Numbered from the stretch's first letter, positions 12,553 to 27,075 are shown. The stretch: 64,000 nt of DNA from Octopus sinensis (GCF_006345805.1 NC_043009.1:5270001-5334000); one strand, 5' to 3'. Notes: a model not told the origin generated them from the sequence alone. A program made the numbers and translations.

Positions 12553-14844
12553 TTATATATATATATTATATATATATATATGATATAACACATATATATA
12601 TATATATATATATATCATATATATATATATGTGCGTGTGTGTGTATGTATACTGAGTTCTTTACAAGCAGCTGTTGGCGCTCATGTTTAAAGTAAAATAT
12701 CTTTAAAAACTCCTTACTCGCATCATACTTTATATTGTTACATTAAACACGTTATACAGTAAGAAATATTCCAATGGGTGTCCGTTTGTATACCGGTTAT
12801 CTGCAAAAAATAATACATTTGGAGAGCAGGGGAATATCTGTTATTTTTAGACGATTTCCCTCTACTTTCAATCTCTCCATTTTTGTATCTGAAAACCAAG
12901 AATTTCAAGGAAAAACCACTCATTATTAGAAAAATGTGGACACATACACACAAACACACTCTCTCTCACACTCACACACACACACACAAACACATAAACA
13001 CAAATATACGCAGACACACCAACAAGGACACGTACACATAGAGAGAGCTAACTAGCTACCTAGCTAGATAAATAGATAAGTAGATAGACAGATAGTGATA
13101 GGGATAAAGGGATAGATAGGTTGAAAGATAAATACATAGATAAATTGGTAAGTATGGATGCGTGGTCGTATATATATGTGTGTGTGTGTGTGTGTTTGTG
13201 TACGTGTGTGTTTGTGTGTGTGTGTGTATGTTTGCAAGTGTGTGTGTATTTGTGTATAGGTATGAAATACCTGTTCCTGCTCATTTGCATATGCCTATTT
13301 GTATATGCGAATGTATGCTTATAGGTAAGTGTATGAAATGGCACTTTTGTTTATACTTGAGAACCGGAGCATTATCTTGAGACTAATGCGAGAACACAAT
13401 TGGAAAACCAATTATAGTTTCACGAATGTATTCAATTGTAAACATAGTTAGCTACATACTTTCTGTTTGTCTATGTACACTTTTATAGGGCAACGCAAGT
13501 TCTGCTCATATATCCTTAGCTGTATTTGAAATGAGTGTTAGATACGACAAAGTCATGCTGTTTGTTCTTGTAATTTATATTATGCCTTTGTTTTTCTTTT
13601 TGTTTGCTTATTTTATTAGTTATTTATTTCGATATTTTGTATGTCGAAAGAAGTATATCTATACAGCAGAGTGACAACTAATTGCACAAAAATGCAAAAG
13701 ATGTATTTTCTGATAGACGCATATTTCTACATATATCATTATAAATCTATTTCGGTGTGTGGTGAAGCAAATCTTTGCTGAACCCTTTTATTAAGTACTA
13801 CTTAAGTTTACCGTGAAATATTCATTTTCATACCGAATTCTACTTGGTGAAATTATTGATTACTTCTTAACTAATTAATTTTACCCTTTGTTATTATTAT
13901 ATCAATATAAATATAGAAATACATAGATATGCATATACATATATGCATGCATATATGAATGTATAGAAAGTGTAAGTTCTTATGAACGATAGACATCTTA
14001 AAATTAAGTGATGAGTTTCAAGACCCAGATACTTAGAGGAAGTGATAATTTATTGACATATATCTATGACGATACCATTGATGAGACTGCAATAAGGACC
14101 GAAAACCATTTAAAGCTGTACAGAATTTGTTTAATCTACGAACAACTGTGTAATTTTGTCAGCTGTGTGTATGTTCATCATGTAGCCTTACATATACTAG
14201 GTCAAACCTAGATACTGCAGAGATTCGACTTCACGTTGAAATCCCTATTTTATCAAATTATTTGCTGAGGAATTGTAGAATACAAATTTGGTGTTCCAGT
14301 ACAGTAGAGCTACTCCATTTCATGCATGTAGTACAAGATTGGTTATATGTCTCTACTGTACTGGGCAAGTGATGCTGAAATCTCTGATGAAAGAGTCAAA
14401 ACTCCATCAGTGATCCTCATCATTTCTCTAAATCTACGGGAATATGTAAATTTAACATGACTGGATATCTACGATGTGGTTTTATTTATATGTATATATA
14501 CATATGTATGCATGTAAGCGCCTGCGTGCGTATGTGTGTGTGTGTGTGTATACATATATGTAAAGGAAACATCACTAAAATATATATATATGTATATTTT
14601 GTATGTATACATACATACAAATATGAACCCCCAAAAGATGAACCCCCAAATGTTCACAAAGTGCGAGGAATGTTAATGCAGTAAATGGAGATGGGGCAAT
14701 GAGCGTAATTCAATGTCAACAGTGGTTGTAGAAATTCCGAGACGGAAACTACAGGCTAAAGACGAGACTTGTCCTGAAAGATCTGTAGAGTTCGACTAGA
14801 ACGTCCTGTAAACCCTGGTCGAACAACATCTCATCGTAATTGTT

Positions 14845-14986
14845 GAGGAATTTACATTATTTAGTTCTCGTGTTGTTTGTTGTTAACACAAAGTTTCGGC
14901 TGATACTGGGGAAAATTCGAATCTGGGTTCTCATTCCTAAGGTATTTTTCGATGCTGTTGTTATAATCATTATCATTATTATTATG

Positions 14987-15048
<62 letters not shown>

Positions 15049-15208
15049 TATTATTATTATTATTATTCAGGTGACTGCCTGGACTCGAACTTGGAATCTA
15101 GGCGTTAGTAGACCGCGCCCTTAACCACTACGCCATATGCCCGTGTGTGTAGTGGTTAAGAGCGCGGTCGACTAACGTCAAGATTCCAAGTTCGAGTCCA
15201 GGCAGTCA

Positions 15209-15255
<47 letters not shown>

Positions 15256-15505
15256 TAATAATAATAATAATAATAATGATAGTAATAATAATAATAATGA
15301 TGATGATGATGAAGATAATAACAACAACATCGAAATATACCTTCGGAATGAGAACCCAGATTCGAAATTTCTTCAACACTCCTGATGAAGGCTGGAGGGT
15401 ATATCAGCTGAAACGTTGTGTTAAAAACGAAGAAGATGGGGACAAATATCCTTCCACTATAAATAATGTAAATAATGTGCATAATTCCTCATCCCTTAAA
15501 TATAG
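14845..15505. mobile_element. Head-to-head dimer of a tRNA-head/(AAT)n/HHR-tail SINE-like element
   Basis: Left arm (minus, 14845-15143) and right arm (plus, 15146-15505) are reverse complements; box A TGGCGTAGTGG and box B AGTTCGAGTCC in the heads. Confidence 0.8.
15375..15422 (+). ncRNA. Minimal type I hammerhead motif (stem I offset by 2 nt)
   Basis: AACAC-UC-CUGAUGA-A-GGCUG..CAGCU-GAAA-CG-UU-GUGUU. Confidence 0.65.
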
Positions 15506-16355
15506 AACTGTTGTAGAAAGAGAAGCTTGAACTTGGTCATTCAATCAATCATCCGATTGCAACTTCGTGCCATCGGAAGAGTCAGTAAATTGAGTCAGTG
15601 AGTTCCTCACAAACATTCCGAGTCTAATCGAGCACAGAGAGTGAATATGTGTTGTTTGCTGTCACGTCGACCGAATGAAACTTTTCTGAACCAAATAGTG
15701 ATTGGAAACGAAAAATAGGTTCTCTCTATAAAAGTCAAGTGCCGAAGACAGTGGATAGGGAAAAGGGAAAAACCGGCAGCCCAGGATAATGTAGGTCTTG
15801 ACCGACGTATGGTGTTGTTAACTGTTTGGTAGGACATGAAAACTTTAGTCTACACTGAACTTTCAAACCCAAACAAAGCGATACCAAAGAACTACTGAGA
15901 GCAGCTTCAGCGGCTTACGTCAGTAACGTAAGAAAAATGACCGCCCTTAGTTTCAAAATGAAAGGTTTCTTCCATAATGCTCGATCACATACAAAGTGGA
16001 TGACTTTCAAAAGGCTGGAGCAGTTTTAATGAGAGACGATGACTCACCCAGCATATTCGCCGGACATTGCCCCATCTGAGTATCATCTATTTCGCAGCCT
16101 TCAAAATCATTTGAACGGGAAAATAAATAAATTATGAAGACGAGGTCAGAACAGTACTGGAGGAGTAATTTTCGTTAGAGAAAAGTGAAGTTTGGACCTT
16201 GCAAGTCTACCAGATAGATGGACGTGCATTGTAGAAAATGTAAGGGGAGTATATTTTAGATTAAAAAGAACTTTCTTTATCTTAATTAAAAAAAATAAAA
16301 GATGTATAGAAAAACGGGATGACCCTATATTTATATCTACATCTATATATCTGTT

Positions 16356-16424
<69 letters not shown>

Positions 16425-16431
16425 ATATATA

Positions 16432-16469
<38 letters not shown>

Positions 16470-17147
16470 CGTAAATATATATCAACAAAACTCACAATAC
16501 ACTTCCAGTTCTTTCTTGATTGCCACCTTCTTTTACCATTTTGGCTCAATTCTTTTGACAAAGTCGTATTTCCATCTTCATGAAGGCCTTTTAAGTGATC
16601 TTTTCCAATTTCCTGGATACCACTCAGCACCTACATAGGTCTGCGTATAATTTGTATATTGCGACATATCCATATGTAACGTATGCTGTAACGTATGATT
16701 TTGGTATTCTTTATGTATGTATGTATTTGTGTGTGTGTTTGTGTGTGTATGTGCATTAAATTGCACATATTTGATATGAATAACAGCGCGCATCTTTATT
16801 GAAGTCAGATTACTGCTTTGGAAACCTCTGGAGAATCTCCTATCGTTGCTGACACCACAAAAACACTGCAAGTTGGTACATAGGACATGTAGAAGATGGG
16901 AAGAAGATATGCTCAGAAAGAGAGGAAATGCGGTGAGACAGTGAGTGAGAGAGTTTGTAACTTTTAATAATTGCCCCTTGTATTTAATTAGTAGCTGAAT
17001 ACTTGACCCCTAAACGATGAAAGAAAATGTTAAGTTTGCATAAATTCTTTGAGGATATCTAATAATCTATTTGACCCTATCTGCCCACCCCTCTCTCTTG
17101 CTCTGTTCCTGGCTCCCTACCTCCCTCCTTCCCTCTGTCTCCCACTT

Positions 17148-17201
<54 letters not shown>

Positions 17202-17729
17202 GTGTCTCTGAGTGTCCGTAAATGCGTGTTCTTGGGTAAGTACGTCTCAGTCTCAAGTGTGTTGAGAGAGAGATAGAGAGAGAGAGAGTGTGTGTGTGTG
17301 TGAAGAAAGACTGATAGTAAAAAAGAAACAGAAGGATGAGTTGGGGAAAAGACGGAGGAGGGGAGAAATAGGAGAAGAGAGAAAGCGAAAGAATGAATAA
17401 ACTGAGAAGTGGAAATAGGTGCAAGAGATTAAGAATTGTTTGACACATATTCTTTGCGCAGCTCTGAAGAGAATACACTCACCTAGATACACTACCCCAA
17501 CCACTTACACCCATTCGACTGAGAAACCTTTTTCAAAATTTATGTTTACACTCTGTCAAGTCACGGTTTTCGCCTGTTGTATACATAAACACATACCTAG
17601 TGACATGTACACACACACACACACACACAACAACACATATATAATATATATTATATATATATATATATATATAACATGCATATATGGGTGTTTGTTTATT
17701 ATATATATATTACATGCATACACACACAA

Positions 17730-17782
<53 letters not shown>

Positions 17783-18863
17783 ATATATATACGTGTATAT
17801 ATTGTATATATATATGTATATATGCGTATACGCTAAGACGTTTGTATATGTATGAAAGAGAGAAAGAGAGGGGGTGAGAGAGTAATTGTGTATATTTATT
17901 GTTTTTGCTGTAGGTTTTCAACGCAAAACACATCAGTTACACTTCCAGTTACGACGCCTCATGTTTAACACTTTAACTTGTACGTTGAAGTCGGTTTTCT
18001 TGCCTCTTTATGGATTTCTCTCTTTCTCTCTCTCTATCACACAGTTTTTCTCTCCCACTCTCGCTCTGTCTCACTCTCTCTCCGTAACATCCTCTTTTCT
18101 CTCCCCAACATTCACTCCCTTCTTCAATTCTATATCTCCCCATTTCGTTATTTTTTTCTTTTCTTTTTGTGTTCCGTAATTTTCGCTATCATACAATCGA
18201 TGCACAGTTGTAGGCAGTACGGCAAAGCGCACTTGCTCAATGCATTAGCAGTGTTGTGTATACTTACATCAAAGATATTCACCTTTATTGATAAAAACAT
18301 GGACTTCACACTTTGGTATACTGTAGTTTAACACGTCAAAATCATTTCAAATCCATACTAATGTAACTTACCAATGACGTTTTCTAGGTACTTTCTTTAC
18401 TTATATGTGTTGCTTTTTATTTTATTATTGTGCTGAATTTTTTTCTTTTTACTTCCGTACCTAATGGTTTTCCTGTTGGATGTGTTTTTATTGTTTGTTG
18501 TTGTTGCTCTTGTTGATTCCTTGACAAACAAATACCTTAAAAATCTTACGATGAGTTAAGGTATTATGAAAAGGAAAAACAAAGTAAAGCAATAACTGCT
18601 GGGAATCTACATGTGTTTCTTCTACTAAATAGTATTACGACACCTGAACAACAGTCAAACACAACCCTGCACAACTTAAGTGGATATACATTCTGACACA
18701 AGTTCACTTGCACAACTACACACATAGACACACGCACAAACTTTCACTAAATCATATGTACGCAAGCACACATATATAAACACATATATATAATAGATAT
18801 ATAATATATATATATATAGTATATATACATGATATATATATATATATATACATATATATATTT

Positions 18864-18900
<37 letters not shown>

Positions 18901-19020
18901 CATACATAAATACACACACAGTGTAAGTATATAATATATACATACATATAAATACACACACATGTATGTATGCATGTATGTATATATATATATATATATT
19001 ATATATATATATATATATAT

Positions 19021-22000
19021 ACTTGATACTTTGATACTTTGATAGGTTTCGGCCATTATTGGCCCAGGCCATGTCTAACCCAATAGCACCACCTGGTGAA
19101 GTCTTTCAAGTCAGATTTGGGCACTATGGCCCACTCAAGTAGAGAGTTATTGTTTACAGAGACATATCCGGGTGTAGGGGGTTTATCCGGGATTCTTGAA
19201 GGAATCTGTCCAAAGACTTCTTGAACCCTATAGGGTCAGTTTCTGTTTTAATGCGTTTTGGTGTAATGTTAAAGAGAGCGGGGCCAATTGAGGTGAAATA
19301 ATTGTGCCGTATTGTTGTTATGAGATGAGAGTGCGATTTTTGTTTTGGGCGGATGGCACGGGGCCCAAGCCTTGGATGTACCTTAAAGGTGATGCCAACA
19401 TCATTTGGGCAATGCTGATGGAATATTTTCCACATCATGCAGATGATGTAGCGCTCACGACGACGTTGGAGAGAATAGAGTTTTAGCTTTTCTAGTCGAC
19501 CCCAATAGTCGAGGCCTGTCATGCCATCTATCTTTTTTGTGATTGCCCTTTGAGGTGCTTCGACTTTTATGATACCTTGTATTGTGTGGGAGACCACAGT
19601 GGACAACAGTATTCAAGGTGGGGTCGGGCAAAAGTGGAGAAGAGAAGGATAATGGTGTGGATATCTCTCGACTGGAAAGTTCTGAGAATCCAGGAACACA
19701 TTCTGCGGGCCATGTCAACAACTTGGTGTTTATATGAGTGGCCCAGCTTACGTTGTTGTCCACAATTACTCCCAAGTCTCTGATGTTGTTGGACGCCGTG
19801 AGAGTTTCACCTGAAGGAAGGGAGTATGGGAGTTTCAGGGCATCCTCTTTTCCAAAGTGGATTAGCTCAATTTATCCTCGTTCAGCAGCATATTGTTTTT
19901 TCTGCCCATTGGATAACAGCCAGTAGATCTGACTGAAGGCATGTCCGGTCACTCGCCTCATTTATGACCTTCTGTAGCTTGGAGTCATCTGCAAAGATTT
20001 TTATGTTGCTGTGCTTGATGATGTCATTAATGTCATTAATGTAAATGATGAAAAGAAGTGGGCCCAGCACAGTGCCTTGCGGAACGCCACTACTGACTTT
20101 GGCTGGGCTTGATTTTACCCCTTCAACTACAACATGTTGAGATCTGTCTGTCAGGAAACACTTAATCCATTTCAGTAACTTTCCAGAGACACCAATGTTG
20201 GATAGTTTTTTCAATAGGATCTTGTGATCGACCCTGTCGAAGGCCTTACTGAAATCAAGGTAGATGACATCGGTGTTGGAGCCCTCTCCCAAAGCTCTCA
20301 AAATGTCCTCAAAGTGATGCAGGAGCTGCGTTAGGCAGTCCCTTCCATTACGGAACCCATGTTGGTTGGAGATCAGCCGTCTGTTGCTTTCCAGAAATTG
20401 GGTTATTTGAGATCTCACCACCCTCTCAAATACCTTGATGATATGAGAGGTGAGTGAGATCGGACGGTAATTCACTGCAAGGGACTTGTTTCCCTTTTTG
20501 AAAACTGGGACAACAGACTGGGACAGAAGGTTTTTTGGAATATAGCCAGCATCCAGTGAGTTTCTCCACAGATTAGCAAGGGGAGATGCAAGTTGGTGTC
20601 GACACCTTCAGGACACAAGCAGGGAACCTATCGGGGCCTACTGCTGAATTGTGTTTTATTTCGTTATCGCCGCTAAGACATCAGGGGCACTAAACGTTAT
20701 GTCCGATATAGTGTGTTGGGGGTTGACATCACTGATACAGCCCAGATCGGCCATATCAGGATTGCTGAAAACAAGCAGTATTGTTTCTGCAGTATCTCGG
20801 CCATGGATTTGGCATTATCTTGGAGAGTGCCAGTTTCGTCAATTAGAGGGCCTACAGTGGAGACAGTGACCCTGCGTTTCCTCGCAAATGAAAAGAACAC
20901 TTTGGGGTTGAGTTTGATTTTTTCAATGGCCCACTTCTCCTCAGCTGATCTTTGGTTATTGATGAGGGACTTCATGCATTGTTGGAGGTTATATTTTTTG
21001 GATTCAAGCAGTGCGATAGCTGTCGAATGTGTGTGTTGCTGTTGGCAGTACTTTAGTTTGTTAATTTTTTTGTTTGTTCTTTTTATTTTTCTGATAATGG
21101 TTTTTCTGTTTTGGGGGATTCTGCACTTTTTGTTCACAGGTCTTGGTGGGGAGTGTTTTGCACATATGTCTGTGACGGTGTCTACAAAGATCTGCCAAGA
21201 TGTTTTATGGTTGGTGGAGATGTGTGTATGTGTAAAGGACCAGTCAACATTTGATAGCTCGTTCCTGATTGCATCCCAGTTGGCTTTATGGAGATCCATG
21301 TTGTCAAATGGGTGGGCTGGAGGAAGGTCACTAGGATTAGCTTTCGGCTGGTGGAATTTCATGTTACAGAGAACCATGTCATGGTCTGAAAGAAGGGTTT
21401 TTTCCACTGTAACGTTATGTATAGTGTTAGTGTGGTTACTAAACACTAGGTCCAAAATGTTCTGATGTCTTGTTGGTGCAAGGACAAGTTGGGACAAGAA
21501 AAACTCATTCGTAAAGTCGAAAAAAGGACTCTGCTGCTTCTTTGTCAGCGGTTGAGGCGGGAGTGCTTGGTTTCAAACAGTTTGTAGTCCAGTCAACACA
21601 GGGTAGATTGAAGTCTCCCATCATGAGTATGTTGCTAGAATGGCACTGTTGAATAAAGCACTTAATGCTGTTGAGGCATTCTTTAAAGCACAGTATGGGT
21701 GTTTGGGGCGGCCTATAGAGTCCAATTACTGTCAGATCATTGGCTTTGTTGTGCACGGTGACTGATTCACAGTAGCCGTTGGAGAATATACTATTTCCAT
21801 CTGCCGTAAATGAATCATGCAGGAAAATGGCAGTTCCACCCTTCCTCCTGCCGATACGATCCGCGCGGATGGTTGTGAAATTCTTCACTCTCACTTCGGC
21901 TTCCAAGTGGGAGTTGTCAAGGTGGGTCTCAGTGAGAATGAAGAAAGGGATGTGGTGTGAATGGTTACCAACCCAGTCTTCAATGAATTGGACCTTCCAT

Positions 22001-23330
22001 TTTTGTGCATTGATGGAAGGGCTGACACCTTGTGCATTGAGTAGGAATGTGGAGGTTAGTGTAGTGGCTGGTTTTGACTGTTGCAGGGGGCTTGGATTTT
22101 TTGTGTGTGTTAGTGGCAGCAATGTGGGGAATTGGTGCACTGGGGTAATAGCATAGGATGGTGTTGAGTGATGGCTAGAATGTTTTTGTGTATCTCTTTT
22201 GCCATGTTCAACATGGCTAAAAAAGAATTTTCCTGCTTAGGGAGCAGTTTTTGGCTGGAGGTGTGGTTGCACTGTTGGATAGGGTTGTAGTTTCCACTTT
22301 TGTTGTTGTTGTTTTTGTGTCTTCCTGAAAAGACTGGACCAGCATTACTGCAGCATGGTGTGTTTCTATTTTTATTGTTATTCAGGTTGTGTGTTGGCTT
22401 GAGGCCCCGTTTCTGTTTGTGCGTCGGGTCCCTGGAAGATGAGTGAAGGGACAGTCACTCAGTAGACATGTTCTCTCACGTTGGGAATACCGGCAGATTT
22501 TGGGACTCCGAGTTGTGTGTGTTTTGAATTTCGATTTACTATTTGGTGGTGTTGATGTTATTGTGGGATGCGTGCTTTGGCCTTGGCCGGTAGTGCGTCT
22601 AGTGCCGGGTAGATGCGTGAAGATGCAGTCACTATTTGTGCAGAGTCTCTGGCGCAGTGAATAGCGGCATATTTGGGGATTTCTGTTTGTGCCGTGGGGG
22701 GCGCATTCTGCTTCCTATATTTCTTTAAGTTTTTGTTACTGCAGTAGTATTGAGGTGGTGATGTGGGGGAAGAGGGCAGTGGTTTCTTATTTGGTTTTCT
22801 GTTGGTATTTTTGGTGATAGAAGACGATGGTGGCAGCGGTGGTGATGATGATGATGATAATTGTGGTGGTTGCTGTGATAGCGGTGAAAAGATACTGGCA
22901 TTTAGTGAATCGTCTAGTAAGTTAGAGTTGAGGAGTGGCTGTTGTTGTTCTTGTTGCTGTGGCTGTTGTTGTTGTTGTTGTGCCTGACCGATGTCAGGGT
23001 CAGCCATTGTGTTGGGAACCAGGAGTGGCTCATTCTGTTGTTGTTTTGTTGTGGCTGCTGATTTTCTAGCTGTTGTTGTTCTTGAACTGTGAAAATATGT
23101 AGAAGCTTTTCATAATGGCCTCTTATCAGTTTGAAAGATACTTCGATATGTTTCAACTTGCTACGAATCTGTTTGACGGATCGTGTGTTGACCACTTGTG
23201 ATTTTTTCGGCAATCTCATTCAAACACAAGACATTTAGATTTTCTGTTTGGGAAAGAGAGAGCCATGTGTTTATTAAAACATCAATTTCGTTATCAGACC
23301 AATTTCGTCTGTTGCAGGCCTGCAAGTTAG
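19021..23330 (-). mobile_element. Near full-length CR1-group LINE with frameshifts
   Basis: APE endonuclease (LNAQG, TETHL, GLYRPP, MGDFNLP; 21505-22140), RT (NYRPISLTS, YLDFSKAFDRV, SGVPQGTVLGP, FADDSK; 19882-20475), C-terminus to 19154, (TATCAAAG)n tail at 19021-19044; 5' limit approximate. Confidence 0.95.
22200..23270 (-). pseudogene. LINE ORF1 remnant with CCCH-type zinc finger
   Basis: Frame-shifted CRYSLRQRLCTNSDCIFTH (C-x8-C-x4-C-x3-H) at about 22610-22670, preceded by a degenerate KKYRK..PHG finger; Q/N/S-rich linker. Confidence 0.6.
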
Positions 23331-23828
23331 TCATGTTGTTTTTCTTTTGTTTGTTTTCCTTTTGATTTTTGAAAATATATATATTCTTTCTTGGGAGTTA
23401 AAGAAGTGTATATATATATAAATGTTCTCTCTTAAGGGTGTGAGTTTTTGATTATTTGGTTGTTTGAGGATATTAAAAGAAAAACAGGTGTATATAACAA
23501 TATGTATATATATATATATGCATACATACATACATATATATATATATACATATATATAAATATAAATAAATACACACATAGTGTATGTATATACATGTAT
23601 ATATATGTATGTATATATATAAATATATATATCAATATTTCTCTCTGTCTCCGTCTGTATGTATGTCTCTCATGGTCTCTCATTTCCCCTGCCTCTTTCT
23701 CTCTCTCTCTCTCTCTCTCTCTTTCTGAATACACATACAAATCGTTCTGGAGTTATTATATAACCGATGAAGTGTGGAGGAAAGAAGGTATCACAATATG
23801 CTTGCCCGCGCGCGAGTATACGTGTATG

Positions 23829-23868
<40 letters not shown>

Positions 23869-24544
23869 AAGGAGAGGGAGAGAGAGAAGAGATAGTGATA
23901 CATAGGGACAGTTTAAATATAACACTGTTGCCATTGACATTGCTGCTCAATGGAATGATTTGCCGTAGGCCTTCAAGTGATTGTACGTTTGTAGTAATTT
24001 GATGAGTACAGGATAGAACAACCTGCGGATTTAGAAACCGCTCCGTTTCTGTAGGAACTAAAAACACGAATTTGGGAAAGTAAGCAAAATTGCTTCTCAT
24101 GTTTTATGGACATTAACTCCTGAGAGTATCGCAGCTGTAATAAAATGCCACTTGGCACAACACTACTCATGATTAAAGAGACCCCGCCAAAAAGAAAAAA
24201 AAATAGATTCCAGACGTACGTTAATGAATTTGTCATAGGAATGACAGTTGATCGTCTTACGTAGCTCTTCCACGCACCTCTAATCATGTCGCTACACGGT
24301 CCCCATTTTATTTTCCTCTTGCTTTTAGACTTTATTTCTATATATCCAGGTATCATACGACCAAATAGCATTGTGATCAGAAATACAGCTAACGTAAGCA
24401 ATATATTTTATTTCTCTCTGCCGAGATATTATACCGCCAAATAACCTTGTGATAAAAAAAATACAGCTAACATATTATACTATATATTTCATTTCTCAAT
24501 GTTAAGGTACCATACCGCCAAATAAAGATTAGAAATAGAGCTGA

Positions 24545-24730
24545 TATACTATGCTATATATTCAAGAGAGTCAAGAGTATTGAAAAGGTTGCAAAACGCA
24601 ATGAAAATATTAGGAAAATAAAAATAAGAAATATGTTGAAATTTTACCGGTGAGTGTGTTACATTATAAGGCAGAAAAAGAAAACGACTCTCGGCAGACA
24701 CAACAGTATATGCTTCAACACATGAACTCA
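24545..24730 (-). repeat. Dispersed AT-rich repeat (also at about 36010-36150 and 47560-47760)
   Basis: Shared GAGAGTC..CACTCACCGGTAAAATTT..GCAACCTTTTCAATAG core. Confidence 0.75.
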
Positions 24731-26349
24731 TATAAAGAATCTTGCAAACTAAACCCCAAAACGTAATATGTTTAAGTTGGTTTCATAAAACTTATGCGTA
24801 CGATGCCTTACTGAATGTTATTGATATTTCAATGAATGATTCCACATAATTAATTACATATAACTAACACTACTCGTCCTTCTGGATCGTCAAAATGCAG
24901 GCTCAAACTTCACAGCGCACCATTATTCGGAAATTGCGGCAGCGCAAGCAAGATTATTGAATCATTTGGAGTAGTTTTGAAACATATATCTCACATGTTA
25001 AAGAATAAAGGAAATGCTATATTTTTCACCGAGGGGAAAGAAATCATACTGTACTGATAGGAAACTCCACCAGGTACCTAAAATCCATGGAGATTACTTA
25101 AATATGCTTCCCCCACACTGACAAGTTTATGCTTGCTATCTAGACCATTCCATCCTCCACGTCTAAATACAACCTCGACCGATTTAGATAACCATTTTCT
25201 CCATAGTCCTCTATTTAATCTAGATTTCATTTGTAACACGCTTAAAATATGGTTTGATAGACATTCTTACCATAGAACCACGAATACATTTCACAATAAA
25301 ATCGCCTTAGCCCCCTCCCCACGAGCTTGGCGCCCTTGTTTCATAATTTGAAACTAACGTTGATTTGGTCTTCCATAGGTAATATTCGGATTTCTTTGAC
25401 CTATTTTTACTGCTCTGCAATATTCAAACTAGTTAGATTATTTATTTAACTTATATTTAATTCAGTGACTAATTTTACTTATGTAATTTTAAAGAATTTT
25501 TAATGTAATTTATAAGAAAGTATAGTTACTATAAAGTTGTTCACAGTCGTAGTTAATCTATTTCCTTAAGGTGAAGAATAGTTCGGTTTTCCTTTCCAAT
25601 TACGAAATTCTTAGTTCATAGCTGCGGAAATACCGTTTAAATTCTAAATTTCCGAGTATAAATATAACAATATTTTATATCTATTTTTCGTTACATGTTA
25701 CGCTTCGGACAGCTTATTTATGGCTAATATGCATGTTTGTTTGACTTTTTCTGATTCCCATTAAATGTTGTTTCTGCCATTTTCTCCAAATGTGCATCTA
25801 TGGTTCATCCTTTCATTTCATTTGTTCCCTTGTTTTCTCTTTCCTTTACTATCTCTCTCTCTCTCTCTCTCTCTCTCCTTTTCTTTCGACGGTATACGTT
25901 GATTTTACAAATCTCACCTGTGTAACTTGCTCTATATAACAATTAGGAATATCTAACTTAATTAACACTTCAGTGTTATCTTTCGCAATGCGAATCCGTG
26001 ACAATGGTGACAGCCATAAATATAGTTAAACTATTTGTTCAAAATAAACAGTTTAAATAATTACGATACAACTCCACCTCCTTTAAGTTAATGAAACAAT
26101 CTAATAAAATTGAATTGGCATTCTCTTTTTAACAAAGTCCGTGATATGCTTCAAAGAACAGAGTTCAATTTGTATTCGTCGCCACTAAAAAAAAAGTTAA
26201 TATACAGTATGTGACACGATTACGGAACGTTTGAAAAAAAAACTGCTACTTACCTATTCTATCTTCTTTGCCTATCTTTTTTATTTCTTATTTTGGTCAT
26301 TCTGAACATAATATTTGGTCAATAATTCCCCATACATCTGGCCACTCCC

Positions 26350-26680
26350 TTTTCTCATGTCTGCATTCTCTGACAGCCCACTTGAACAATCTGCGTTTCC
26401 GATTGGCCCCTTATATTCTAGCCTCCTCTATAGAGACAGAGCAGGCAAAGACCTTAGCGTACGCCACTCTGAATTGTGAGTATCCAATTTAGTCTTGTGG
26501 AAACCACTTGATGGTGATGTAAGAAGAGGTAAATGTGGTCACTATTACACTCCTTTATCAACAACTTGAAGGCAGATAGTGTCCTGGAGTCTATCCAGTA
26601 CCTCGAGGTAGTGATGATTGACCGACGAGTGTGGGTGTTTGTTGCTGTGGCCCGTGTTAGAGCCCGACTATAATAATGAT
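26350..26680 (+). mobile_element. 3' end of RTE-clade LINE, decayed
   Basis: LWKPLDGDVRRGK..VMIDRRVW resembles the RTE C-terminus; followed by a (TAA)n tail. Confidence 0.55.
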
Positions 26681-26696
26681 AATAAAAGTATGGACT

Positions 26697-27075
26697 AAGG
26701 CGGCGAGTTGGCAGAAACGTTAGCACGCCGGGCGAAATGCGTAGCAGTAGTTCGTCTGCCATTACGTTCTGAGTTCAAATTCCGCCGAAGTCGACTTTAC
26801 CTTTCATCCTTTCTGGGTCGATAAATTAAGTACCAGTTACACACTCGGGTCGATGCAATCGACTTAATTCATTTGTCTGTCCTTGTTTGTCCTCTCTGTG
26901 GTTAGCTTCTTGTAGGCATTTTGTCTGTCTTTACGTTCTGAATTCATATTCCACTGAGGTCGACTTCGCCTTTCACTCTTTCGGAGCCGATAAATTAAGT
27001 ACTAGTTGCGTACTGGGGTCTATCTAATCAACTGGCCCCCTCCCCAGAAATTTCAGGCCTTGTGCCTAGAGTAGA
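26697..27075 (+). mobile_element. Dimeric tRNA-derived SINE with Meta/MESC-like core
   Basis: Two CCTTTCATCCTTTC.GGGTCGATAAATTAAGTACCAG-type cores, each preceded by GAGTTCAAATTCC-like box B. Confidence 0.75.

Larger units (their letters stand above)
14655..16327 (+). mobile_element. Decayed mariner transposon, interrupted at about 14850-15505
   Basis: N-terminal QWxxKFRDG segment, then *VPH (WVPHEL), NEK (DEKW), HPAYSPDIAPSEYHLFRSLQNHL and LPDRWTCIVE motifs, with stops and frameshifts. Confidence 0.9.

Noticed and set aside
15068-15212. tRNA genes
   Set aside because: Box A/B are present but acceptor and T stems do not pair; these are SINE heads. The same applies to the other tRNA-like heads.
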